A stretch of DNA of 20,637 nt from a bacterium (lineage in GTDB: Bacteria > Electryoneota > Electryoneia > Electryoneales > Electryoneaceae). The position numbers were made by a program, and so were the translations under genes. The stretch lies in assembly GCA_043801585.1 (NCBI GenBank), contig JAZDLX010000217.1, forward strand, positions 1-20,637. The letters run 5' to 3'. The stretch's first letter is position 1. Each line of letters begins with the position of its first letter. This document shows positions 1-9,005 of the stretch, in pieces. The notes under the pieces are model-generated. The model worked only from the letters and a program-made list of their open reading frames with translations. It made no database searches and had not been told where the DNA came from.

Positions 1-144
1 GGCGGGGTGATGGTCAATGATGTCCCCACCTTCCGCGTGGATCACATGCCCTACGGTGGAACCAAGGACAGCGGGATCGGCCGTGAGGGAGTGCGTTTCG
101 CAGTCGAGGAGATGACCGAGATCAAGATGGTCATGATCCAGCCA
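1..144 (+). repeat. Direct repeat copy 1 (ALDH 3' end); partner at 6611-6754
   Basis: 1-144 aligns without gaps to 6611-6754, with mismatches only at 84, 102 and 133. It probably extends left of the window. Confidence 0.95.
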
Positions 145-150
145 AGGTAG
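1..150 (+). CDS. Aldehyde dehydrogenase family protein, C-terminal end (5' truncated by window edge)
   Basis: Frame 1 reads [63 protein letters not shown] is the conserved ALDH C-terminal motif. Confidence 0.9.
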   Translation, partial: GGVMVNDVPTFRVDHMPYGGTKDSGIGREGVRFAVEEMTEIKMVMIQPR

Positions 151-800
151 CCGAGGCGACACTATTGATGCGCAGAATGTGGGAGTCGCTTCCTGCCACA
201 GCAGAATTGCCTCACCCGGCGTTTTCGAAACCTTCCAGAGCCCACGAAGTTCACGCTTATTTTTTTGTTCGGGTACCATCATTTTGCTCTCGGAGCCATG
301 ACTTGGACCCTTTTTCGGCTGCATCGCGAGTCGCATAACCATTTACTTTTATTACTTATTAAAATAATAATAACTGGATTTGAAGTATCAGTATTTTGGT
401 TTATTCTGGCCCGGTCTAGTTTTAGATGATTTGCTTTATTATGGCTTTTCAGCATTAACAGGTAATATGTTATTCACTGAGCCGGAGGTCCAGGAAGAAC
501 TTCTTACTAGATGATTGCAGGTAGTCGATGGAGTAGAGGTGGGATTGGGATCCCGGTAAACCCTGCTTCGACAAAAAATCCTGACAGAATGTGGGTTTAC
601 TGAAACCTCTTCTTGACTTCATCACGTCTGCCACACCACCTTGCAGGGCCTGCAGGGACCAATCCTGACACTTCCGATAGAGTGAGAATTGCATGGTGCA
701 TGCATGGATCGAGCATTTACAGCTTAGCTTTTGTTTAAACAATACTTGCAACAATAATTGATGAGATGCCTTGAATTATGACACCTCTTGGGAGGGCACC

Positions 801-3800
801 ATGACCGACCGTAAGAAGAAAGGTGTTGGAAATCCATCTTCAAGTCCCCTCAAACCACCATCCAGGCGAAAGAAACAATACTCCTCAATAAAGGCTGGAT
901 CTTTCGATGAGCGAAAACAAGACGCTGACAGCATTCCGGAGAAGGAGCCCGCATTTGATGCACTGATCAATAACCTGCAGGGATTCGTTTACAGTTGCGA
1001 GAACAACCCCAATTGGACAATGCGCTATCTCTCGCCACAAGTTGAAAACCTCCTTGGCTACAAACCTGAAGAACTCCTTAACGATGCTGTGATTGCCTAC
1101 AACGACCTGATCCACCCGGATGACCGGGAGGAGGTGCGGGAGAGCGTTCAAGTTGCCGTGATGGACCACGAAAAGTTTGGACTCGAGTATCGGATCCGTA
1201 ACAAGAATGGCAAATACCTGTGGGTGCACGAAGAGGGCGCGGGGGTTTATGAAAAGGGTGTTCTTCGGAAGCTCGAGGGATATGTCCGCGACATTACGGA
1301 CCACAAGCGGGACGAACAATCCTTGAGCCGTCTTCACCGCGCTATGAAGGCCATCCATGACTGCAACGTCGCTCTTGTCCACGCTGACGATGAACTGGTG
1401 CTTGAGAACAGAATCTGCGAAATCCTTATCGAAACGGGTTTGTACCGTATGGCCTGGGTTGGATATGTTGAGAGCAATAAGGAAATCCGGCGATTACGGC
1501 CGTCAGCCGTACAGGGTCATGATGACGGTTATCTCGCATCGTTTCCAAGGAAATGGACAAGACAGAATCCCTCCCATTGCCCAAGCATTGTCTCCATTTT
1601 CACTGGCGAAACTCAAATCGTCCGCAATCTCCAGGATAGTAAAAAGAAACACCGGTGGGTTCGCGCGATGCTGGATCGTGGTCATGCCTCCGTCTTGGCA
1701 ATTCCATTGATCAGCGAGGACACACCCTTCGCGGTATTGAGTGTTTGCTCAGCGAAACCCGATGCCTTTGATGATTCAGAGGTTGAACTTCTCACCGAAC
1801 TCGCGGAGGATCTCGCTTTCGGCATTGTTGCCCTGAGAATGCGCGAGCATCGAGGTAAAACGCTCACCGAACTGCAGCAACGCACACACGATCTCGAGAA
1901 ACGAATCAGGGAACAGGCCTGTCTTTACAGGATTCTTGAGCTCTATCACGATCCGGACGCTACGGTCGAGTCGATCCTTTCCTCAGCAGTCGAAATCATC
2001 CCTTCCGGCTGGCTCTACCCGGAAATCACAGCGTGCAGAATAACAGTTGATGGCAATAGCAACAGAACTAAGAATTTCAAAGACACCCGTTGGAAATTGG
2101 ATGCAGACATCATCACGGATGGTAAGAAATCCGGCACGGTTGAGGTTCTCCTGCTCGAAGAAAAACCAGAACAGGACATTGGACTTTTCCTTAAGGAGGA
2201 GAAGAACCTACTCAAAGGCATTGCCTACACCCTCGGCGGCATCATCCACAGGATACGCATAAAGAGCGAACGGGAAGAGCGTGAGATATTCATCAGAACG
2301 GCGATGGATAGTCTTCCCATTGGCATTGCCGTCAATACTGTCAAGCCGACCGTAAATTTCGAATACATGAACGACAATTTCTTAAGGTTTTTTCGAACGA
2401 CACGAGAAGCGATTGCCGCCCCGGACTCTTTCTGGGAGGCTGTTTACGAAAATCCCGAAACCAGAGAACAAATCAGGAAAAAAGTGCTGGATGACGCCAC
2501 CAGCGGTGACCCTCAGCGCATGGACTGGGAAGATGTGGCAATCACACGAAAGGGAGAGGAGACAACCTTTATCTCCGTACGTAACACGCCGATTCCCAAT
2601 ACAAATATGATTATCTCGACGGTCCATGATGTTACTCAACGCAAACAGGCGGAAGTGGCGCTCCGGGAAAGCGAAAAGAAACATCGGGATCTCTACGACA
2701 GCATTCGAGATGCGATCCTTATCGTGGATAGTAACAGAATCATTCTGGACTGCAACCCGGCCTTCAGTGACCTGTTCGGATTTTCTCTCGATGAAATCAA
2801 GGGCAAGAGCACTCGAATCATTTTTGCCGACGCAGAGGGTTATGTAAAAGTTGGAAAAATGTTGTATAAGAATTCAGGAGAGGACAAACTCCTCAGAATA
2901 GTCTGTTACCGGAAAAAGGATGGCACGAAGTTTTTCGGCGAGACTGTTTTTTACTACCGGAAGAATGCCGAGGGAAACATCGTTGGTGCAATCGGTTTTA
3001 CCCGGGACATTACTGAGCGGATGAGTGCACAACGTGCGCTGGCCGAAAGCGAGGAACGGTTTCGTCTTCTTGCCGAAAACGCCATGGATATTGTCTTTCG
3101 TATCAGGATGAGCCCTGAACCGAGTTACGATTACGTTTCCCCTTCAATTAAGGTGATATTTGGATATACGCAAGAGGAACTGTACAGCGACTTCAACGTT
3201 ATGATGAAAATCATCGCTGAGGATTATTATCATAAATGGATTCTTGAATACCTCTCGAATCCCGATGATCATTTGGGTGGGTTTGTCATCGAATGCAGGC
3301 ACCGGGACGGTTCACAGCGCTGGATGGAGCTGAACAGTACGACGGTTCGGGATGAGCAGGGCAGGGTGGTGGCAATCGAGGGCACCGCGAGAGATGTAAC
3401 GTCGAGAATTACTGCAGAAAAGGAACTGGCGGAGAGTGAGGAGAACTTCCGCAATCTTGTCGAACATTCCGGTGATGCGATTTACGTCCTGCAGGACTAC
3501 CGTTTCGTCTTTGTCAACCCGCAATTCGAAAGACTTTTCCACACGACGGCAGAGGAAGTGCGGGTGAAGGACTTCGATTTCCGTGAATACATTGCTCCTG
3601 AAAGCCTTGAGCTTATTAGGGAACGACGGGAGCGCCGCGAGCGTGGCGAACCGATTCCTCCAACGTATGAATTCCGTGCAAAGCGGAAGGATGGGAGCGT
3701 TGTCGATGTGGAAACATCCATCTCCGAGATCATCTACATGGGCAAGTCGGCGATCCTCGGGATTCTCCGCGACATATCCGAACGCAAGCAAGCTGAAAGT

Positions 3801-4976
3801 TCTCATGCATGGATGATGCAGTCATTGGAGGCCTCGCCGCTCGCCGCCATGCTTGCTGATCCCGACGGCAACGTGCACTGGATCAACCGCCAATTTGAAA
3901 CAATGCTCGGATTTGACCTTGAAAATGCAAAGGGCAAGCCGCTCGCCTCATTCTTCGACTTCACCGTCTCGAACCTGGAGAAACCGGAACAACTGATGAA
4001 CATTCTGCGCGGCGAAGTTGGACGGTGGTACGGCGACTTCACAGCGTTTACCAGGAACGGTACGGGAATCCCCATCTACCTCGCCGCTGCAAGCGTGAAA
4101 GACACCCTGGATAATGTACTCGGCTTCACCGTTACCATGATTGATCGCCGCGATCTGGAGGAGCTGGAAAAAGTAAAAGTTCGCCTCGAGAACGAGCTCA
4201 GTCAGCAGTTCCATCTCTCGCAGGTGGGCTTGCTCGCCTCCGGCATCTCACACAACTTGCGCAACCCCCTCAGCGTCATCATGATGGGCGTCTCCCAACT
4301 TCAGCAGAGCATTGAAATGATCCTCCGCGAGTCGCCTGAGGATCCCGTCGTGCTCTACGATACACTTGATAACTCCACGCAAATGCTGGAAAAGGTCAGT
4401 CAGGCCGCTGACCGGATCAACCTGATCACAGACGAGATCATGGCATACCATCAAATGAATACGCAGGTTGAGGTAGCCGCCACCGACCTGAACCATGTTA
4501 TCCAGACGGATGTGGGGCTGCTGAAGGCGGACCTGGACTTCAAGCACAAGATCGAAACAGTGCTCGACCTGCTCCCGGGTCATGTATGGGTGAAGATGCG
4601 TCCGAGCGAGATCTCGCAGATTTTTCTTAACCTGACCGCCAACGCCCGTGATGCAATGATGAATGGCGGACAGCGTGTGATGACCGTCCGGAGCGGAATC
4701 AGCGACGATGGTTCCGAGGCCTGGTTCGAGGTGCAAGACACGGGAACAGGGATTCCGCTGGAGATCCTGGAAAAGATCGGGCAACCTTTTATCACCACCA
4801 AACGTGACGATCCGAAGTTTAAGAAGGGAGGCAGCGGCACGGGGCTTGGCCTCTACATGATCAAGCGGTTGCTCGACCAGCACAATGGCCATTTTGAGAT
4901 CGAATCGAAACCTGGCGACACACGTTTACGCATCCATCTGCCCGCGACGGAACAACCGGCAGAGGGGGAGCAATGA
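801..4976 (+). CDS. Cytoplasmic multi-sensor histidine kinase (PAS-GAF-GAF-like-5xPAS-HisKA-HATPase_c)
   Basis: ATG 801 follows GGGAGGG (the ORF track starts at TTG 771). PAS/PAC units mostly end in RDIT/DVT motifs. H-box SGISHNLRNPL, N-box QIFLNLTANARDAM, G1 DTGTGI, F-box PFITTK, G2 GTGLGL. No obvious TM helix. Confidence 0.93.
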   Translation: MTDRKKKGVGNPSSSPLKPPSRRKKQYSSIKAGSFDERKQDADSIPEKEPAFDALINNLQGFVYSCENNPNWTMRYLSPQVENLLGYKPEELLNDAVIAYNDLIHPDDREEVRESVQVAVMDHEKFGLEYRIRNKNGKYLWVHEEGAGVYEKGVLRKLEGYVRDITDHKRDEQSLSRLHRAMKAIHDCNVALVHADDELVLENRICEILIETGLYRMAWVGYVESNKEIRRLRPSAVQGHDDGYLASFPRKWTRQNPSHCPSIVSIFTGETQIVRNLQDSKKKHRWVRAMLDRGHASVLAIPLISEDTPFAVLSVCSAKPDAFDDSEVELLTELAEDLAFGIVALRMREHRGKTLTELQQRTHDLEKRIREQACLYRILELYHDPDATVESILSSAVEIIPSGWLYPEITACRITVDGNSNRTKNFKDTRWKLDADIITDGKKSGTVEVLLLEEKPEQDIGLFLKEEKNLLKGIAYTLGGIIHRIRIKSEREEREIFIRTAMDSLPIGIAVNTVKPTVNFEYMNDNFLRFFRTTREAIAAPDSFWEAVYENPETREQIRKKVLDDATSGDPQRMDWEDVAITRKGEETTFISVRNTPIPNTNMIISTVHDVTQRKQAEVALRESEKKHRDLYDSIRDAILIVDSNRIILDCNPAFSDLFGFSLDEIKGKSTRIIFADAEGYVKVGKMLYKNSGEDKLLRIVCYRKKDGTKFFGETVFYYRKNAEGNIVGAIGFTRDITERMSAQRALAESEERFRLLAENAMDIVFRIRMSPEPSYDYVSPSIKVIFGYTQEELYSDFNVMMKIIAEDYYHKWILEYLSNPDDHLGGFVIECRHRDGSQRWMELNSTTVRDEQGRVVAIEGTARDVTSRITAEKELAESEENFRNLVEHSGDAIYVLQDYRFVFVNPQFERLFHTTAEEVRVKDFDFREYIAPESLELIRERRERRERGEPIPPTYEFRAKRKDGSVVDVETSISEIIYMGKSAILGILRDISERKQAESSHAWMMQSLEASPLAAMLADPDGNVHWINRQFETMLGFDLENAKGKPLASFFDFTVSNLEKPEQLMNILRGEVGRWYGDFTAFTRNGTGIPIYLAAASVKDTLDNVLGFTVTMIDRRDLEELEKVKVRLENELSQQFHLSQVGLLASGISHNLRNPLSVIMMGVSQLQQSIEMILRESPEDPVVLYDTLDNSTQMLEKVSQAADRINLITDEIMAYHQMNTQVEVAATDLNHVIQTDVGLLKADLDFKHKIETVLDLLPGHVWVKMRPSEISQIFLNLTANARDAMMNGGQRVMTVRSGISDDGSEAWFEVQDTGTGIPLEILEKIGQPFITTKRDDPKFKKGGSGTGLGLYMIKRLLDQHNGHFEIESKPGDTRLRIHLPATEQPAEGEQ

Positions 4977-6535
4977 GCGAAAAACGCCCCAAGGATCTGC
5001 CCCGGCCGTTCGGGAAACCGGTTCCAGTGGATGAATGGAAACGGACCTTTCTGCGCGTTTGTAAACGGTATCCAGATCTTAACCTCTACGACGGCGTCCA
5101 GGATTATTCCAGCAGACTCCTTCACTATCAACATGATGACAAGGATCAGCCCTGTCTGCAGATTGACTCGCCGGTTCCCGATGCGGCCGAGCGGCTGATA
5201 TTTCAGAAGGTGACACTGCTTGTGCGTGCGCAGTACTTCGAGGCCGGTATTCACCATCGCCTCTCCTTTGATGCCCTCCTGATCGGCCAGGAGGAAGCGG
5301 AAGATGGACTGCCGATCGTGCGGATGCGTATCCTCCCGCCAGTGCAGCAAGTGTCGAACATCTTCGTTGCCATGCCCAGCAAAGACCGTCCCGTTTATCT
5401 CGAAGTGCCCATTGAGGGTGCGCCGCCGACGATTCGTGTTCTTGAACTGAGCCAGGGTCGTCTGAAAGCCTTCATGCCGAACGCACGTCGCATTTTGCCC
5501 AAAAACAAAAACTTAAGTGGTATTCGAATACAGCTTTTTGATGTGGGCGAAGCAGTGGTGAGTGGAACCGTTGTGGAAAGCGGCAAGGATGAAGTTCAGC
5601 TCGAAATCAATGCCAAATCCGTTGGATCCCAGGCATTGATCGAAGACTATCTCGAGGGGGAATTCAGCAGGCAGGTGTCGCTCCCAGAGGATGAGAGCGA
5701 TCGAGAACAACCTCCGCGTGAGGTGAAAGAGGAACCGAAAAAGGCAACTCGGGCGGAAGAAGGCAAGAAAAAGGCCGGTACGGCGCTAATCATTGTGCAG
5801 GACGACACAGCGCGGGAACGTCTGACGAAAGTGCTGGAGGAAATGGGCTGGCAGGTGAATGAACACGAATCCTTCAGTGATACCACGCCAGGACAATTCG
5901 AACGCTCAGACCTGCTGGTACTTTCCACCCAACTGGACGGCAAGCACGCTGTGGATCGGCTGCAACATTTGATCAGTGACGAGATGATGCTGAAGAAACA
6001 ATTTATCCTCGTCGGTGCGCAGGTGAGCGAAGCGCGCCAGGAGGAATGGCCGCGACTGGGGAAGGGTGTGTTCATCCGAAACAACGCTCCGAAGGTTTGG
6101 ATCGAGCGCAAGCTTAAATCGTGGTTTGAACCGAAGCCGGGCGTGGAAAGACGCTCGATCCCCGAGGAGCAGTTGGTGCCGCTGATCCTTGTGGTGGACG
6201 ATGAACCAGCCTCACTTGAAGCGGAAGTTGACCTGTTGAAACGGAACCTGTTTCGGACCATCAGTGCAAACAACGGCTGGGATGCTCTTCGCGCCGCCAG
6301 AAATCTGCGGCCCGATCTGATTCTGCTCGATATTGAGATGCTCGGTATGACCGGCATCGAAATGCTCAAACGTCTGTTTGGTTTGGAACTGACGAAAAAT
6401 ATCCCGGTGATCATGTTAACAGGCAGGCGTGACGAGGAACTCGTGGCCGAAGCCCTCGGCCTCGGAGTCAAGGATTACATCGTGAAACCATTCGTTGAAT
6501 CCAATCTTATCGAACGCATTCGAGCGGTGCTGTGA
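4973..6535 (+). CDS. Multidomain response regulator (unassigned N-terminal region, degenerate receiver, C-terminal canonical receiver)
   Basis: Overlaps the kinase stop (ATGA). C-terminal REC: ILVVDDE, PDLILLDIEM, IMLT, YIVKPF. The middle segment ALIIVQDD...DLLVLS looks like a receiver lacking the phospho-Asp. Confidence 0.88.
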   Translation: MSEKRPKDLPRPFGKPVPVDEWKRTFLRVCKRYPDLNLYDGVQDYSSRLLHYQHDDKDQPCLQIDSPVPDAAERLIFQKVTLLVRAQYFEAGIHHRLSFDALLIGQEEAEDGLPIVRMRILPPVQQVSNIFVAMPSKDRPVYLEVPIEGAPPTIRVLELSQGRLKAFMPNARRILPKNKNLSGIRIQLFDVGEAVVSGTVVESGKDEVQLEINAKSVGSQALIEDYLEGEFSRQVSLPEDESDREQPPREVKEEPKKATRAEEGKKKAGTALIIVQDDTARERLTKVLEEMGWQVNEHESFSDTTPGQFERSDLLVLSTQLDGKHAVDRLQHLISDEMMLKKQFILVGAQVSEARQEEWPRLGKGVFIRNNAPKVWIERKLKSWFEPKPGVERRSIPEEQLVPLILVVDDEPASLEAEVDLLKRNLFRTISANNGWDALRAARNLRPDLILLDIEMLGMTGIEMLKRLFGLELTKNIPVIMLTGRRDEELVAEALGLGVKDYIVKPFVESNLIERIRAVL

Positions 6536-6544
6536 ACCGAATGT

Positions 6545-6760
6545 CTGCAGGCCGGAGTGTTCGCCAATGATCTCACCCACGCCTTCCACGCCGTTCGCAA
6601 CATCAACGTTGGCGGGGTGATGGTCAATGATGTCCCCACCTTCCGCGTGGATCACATGCCCTACGGTGGAACCAAGGACAGCGGGATCGGCCGCGAGGGA
6701 GTGCGTTTCGCCGTCGAGGAGATGACCGAGATCAAGATGGTCGTGATCCAGCCACGATGA
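6545..6760 (+). pseudogene. Orphan 3' fragment of the ALDH gene (direct repeat copy 2)
   Basis: Reads [74 protein letters not shown]. It has no ALDH N-terminus and is 141/144 identical to 1-144. Confidence 0.9.
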
Positions 6761-6923
6761 GTGGGACAACCTGAGGCACGAGCGATTCAAGGACCGTGCG
6801 TAACGGAACACGTTGCCCACCCGGGGCAAATAGGTTGTGCGACTGTCAATAGCAGAGGTTGCGAGGATACGCGAATCCGTATCCCATCCAGCTCTTATTC
6901 CACCAGGTCTGGCGACAGAAACA

Positions 6924-7017
6924 CCCGAAAATCTGATTCTACAAGGCTTACGGGCAAATAGCGGAGGATGAGGGACTCGAACCCCCAAGGGCGTTTCGGC
7001 CCGGTGGTTTTCAAGAC
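6924..7017 (-). repeat. Duplicated 3' half of tRNA-Ser(TGA) plus decayed downstream hairpin (att-like site)
   Basis: 6961-7017 matches 11590-11646 at 56/57 nt. Colinear, weaker similarity at 6924-6956 vs 11553-11585 has the same 4629-nt offset. Identity stops in the 5' anticodon stem, so there is no D arm or 5' acceptor strand. Confidence 0.92.
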
Positions 7018-7240
7018 ATGGAAATACAATACCTTAGAGCGCTCGGCAAAACTGAAAACAAGTGGCTGCTTCAAGTTTCGTACACCTGACTGTTCTTGCG
7101 AGTTCCTGATTCTTACTACCTGTTCTTTGGAAGTGTGCCTGGAGTGTACCGTTATCCAAGAGACCTCATTATAGATACCCGCTGGCCACTCCTGTTCCGT
7201 CGACGGTCATCCCTTCGTGTTTGCAGTCAGAGGAATTTGG

Positions 7241-7654
7241 TCAGTGCTGTGTTTTACCGTCGCGACAGGGCTCTGCTTCCTGATTAAGTTGACCATCCAA
7301 ATAGGCTTTGAGCGATTGATCAACACTCAGGTACTTGGTTGAAATAATCTGCATGCCAGCATTTTGCAGAGTATGAATCGCTCCCTGCCCGATTCCACCA
7401 CAAATCAGAGTCTGACAATCTGAGAGTCCTTTTACTATACCAGACCCACACGAATGCCCACCCTGTCCGTGTCCTCTCTGCTCATCTGCTCCATGAGTAC
7501 CACGCGCGTGAGTCGTAAACGTATTCTGGCGCAGTTCACGGTTTACCACCTCTCCATCTTTGACAGTAAAGACGACGAAGTAGGGAGTTTTCCCGAAGTG
7601 CGACCCGACCTGTTTTCCGTCTTCACTTGTGACTGCAACTTTTTGCGAAACCAT
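7241..7654 (-). CDS. NifB/NifX (MTH1175-like) FeMo-cofactor-binding family protein with His/Gly-rich insert
   Basis: KVAVTSEDGKQVGSHFGKTPYF, LICGGIGQGA, A..AYLDGQL. ATG 7654 chosen (AGGAAG upstream); alternative start at 7678. Confidence 0.85.
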   Translation of the reverse strand: MVSQKVAVTSEDGKQVGSHFGKTPYFVVFTVKDGEVVNRELRQNTFTTHARGTHGADEQRGHGQGGHSCGSGIVKGLSDCQTLICGGIGQGAIHTLQNAGMQIISTKYLSVDQSLKAYLDGQLNQEAEPCRDGKTQH

Positions 7655-7739
7655 GGCATCTTCCTGTTCGTTGCGCAATCATTGTCTGCGCAGTTAGCAC
7701 GTGTCTACTCGTCTCACCTTCTCTGGAACCACGCACCGG

Positions 7740-8060
7740 TTATTTGTCGTCGCCTTTAAGGGGAGATGGTTCGGTCAGGCTCGCAATCTTTTGTTTCAGT
7801 TGCTGAACTTCGCTCTCCAGCTCCTGAACATGGTTCTCCACATCCATGACTTCCTGCTCGTTCTGCTGCAACCCACGTTCTCGATTCCAACGGCCTCTAT
7901 CGCCGCCCCAACATAATCCGGCGCCGCCTCCACGAGGAGCACCGCCTTGTCCAACACCCTGACCACTGAAACGAGATCGCCTGCCAGTACCGCAATGTCC
8001 AAAGCCGCCACCAGTCATGGGGCCTTTTCCTTTCGGACCAGTTCTGTCAAATCCCGGCAT
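7740..8060 (-). CDS. DUF5320-like protein
   Basis: N-terminus MPGFDRTGPKGKGPMTGGGFGHC, Gly/Arg-rich middle, C-terminal coiled coil. AGGAG RBS. Confidence 0.82.
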   Translation of the reverse strand: MPGFDRTGPKGKGPMTGGGFGHCGTGRRSRFSGQGVGQGGAPRGGGAGLCWGGDRGRWNRERGLQQNEQEVMDVENHVQELESEVQQLKQKIASLTEPSPLKGDDK

Positions 8061-8087
8061 GATCTATTCTCCTTTCTTGCTTTTCTT

Positions 8088-9005
8088 CTATCGTTCTTCC
8101 TTAGCGAAGAGCGGTGTATCCACCTCTTCCTTTACTTTTTCCCAGAGCTTGCGAATGTCCTCGGTTATGCCATTACTACTGAAATCGACAACAGGAATGT
8201 GTTTGACCTGTGCCGTCGTAACAGTATGGTCGAACCGTATTTTTGCTATAACCGGGTTGCCAGTATTCTCTCCCCAGTTTTCGATCTTTTCCGTCATCGC
8301 AGGGTTGAGGTCCCACTTGTTGATGCACACCCGGGTCGGTATTTTGAAATGAGCCGTAAGCGAGGCAATTCTCCCCAGATCATGCTGTCCTGACATCGTG
8401 GGTTCGGTGACAATCAGGGCATAATCAACTCCGGTTACAGAAGCGATCACCGGACAGCCGATCCCCGGCGGGCCGTCAATGATCATGTACGGGATTCCCT
8501 TCGCCCGGGCGATCCCGCTGGCGAAATTCCGCACAACGGTTACTAATCTTCCGGAATTCTCCGCTGCGATACCAAGACGCGCATGCACCATGGGGCCATA
8601 CTTCGTCTCGGAAATGTACCATTCCCCGGACCTCTCCTCGACGAGGGATATTGCCTTCTCTGGACAGAACCATTCACACACCCCACACCCCTCGCAGGCG
8701 ATAGGATCGATACTGAGTGACGGCGATCCTGATGGTGAACCATGCCGCAACGGCTGAATGGCATCGAACCGGCACAACTCCTGGCAAAGTCCGCAGTCTG
8801 TACAGAGTTCGGGGTTGATCTGAGCGACTTTGGCGCCCGAGAACGAGTTCCGTTTGCTGGTTGTTGGGGTGACAACAAGGTGCAAATCGGCAGCGTCCAC
8901 ATCACAGTCAGCGAGTACAACAGGCTTTGCCAGCGCAGCGAACGAGGCAACAATGCTGGTTTTACCGGTACCGCCCTTGCCGCTGACAACAGAGATGGTT
9001 TTCAT
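8088..9005 (-). CDS. MinD-superfamily P-loop ATPase with inserted 2x[4Fe-4S] ferredoxin domain (COG1149-like)
   Basis: SGKGGTGKT, DCDVDAADL, CTDCGLCQELC and CEGCGVCEWFCP, ENSGRLV, DGPPGIGCP, VTEPT. Confidence 0.92.
   Translation of the reverse strand: MKTISVVSGKGGTGKTSIVASFAALAKPVVLADCDVDAADLHLVVTPTTSKRNSFSGAKVAQINPELCTDCGLCQELCRFDAIQPLRHGSPSGSPSLSIDPIACEGCGVCEWFCPEKAISLVEERSGEWYISETKYGPMVHARLGIAAENSGRLVTVVRNFASGIARAKGIPYMIIDGPPGIGCPVIASVTGVDYALIVTEPTMSGQHDLGRIASLTAHFKIPTRVCINKWDLNPAMTEKIENWGENTGNPVIAKIRFDHTVTTAQVKHIPVVDFSSNGITEDIRKLWEKVKEEVDTPLFAKEER

Larger units (their letters stand above)
151..6760. mobile_element. Putative genomic islet inserted at the ALDH 3' end (two-component cargo, no integrase seen)
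   Basis: Flanked by direct repeats of the ALDH 3' end, with an AT-rich non-coding stretch at ~330-470. The last cargo gene stops ~10 nt before the right repeat. Confidence 0.55.

Noticed and set aside
731..742. Perfect 12-bp palindrome TTGTTTAAACAA upstream of the kinase
   Set aside because: AT-rich single occurrence with no well-spaced promoter found beside it; too weak to call an operator.
470..754. 94-aa minus-strand ORF
   Set aside because: No recognisable motif or RBS. It lies in the presumed promoter region of the kinase and is probably spurious.
1..6760. ALDH repeat pair as a diversity-generating retroelement TR/VR
   Set aside because: Only 3 internal mismatches, not all at adenines (84 is T/C). 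No reverse transcriptase in the window, and the repeat is a conserved enzyme C-terminus.
6961..7017. Second functional tRNA-Ser gene
   Set aside because: Lacks the D arm and 5' acceptor strand; it is a 3' fragment.
6968..7174. 68-aa ORF starting MRDSNPQG
   Set aside because: Typical antisense translation of a tRNA T-arm, not a gene.
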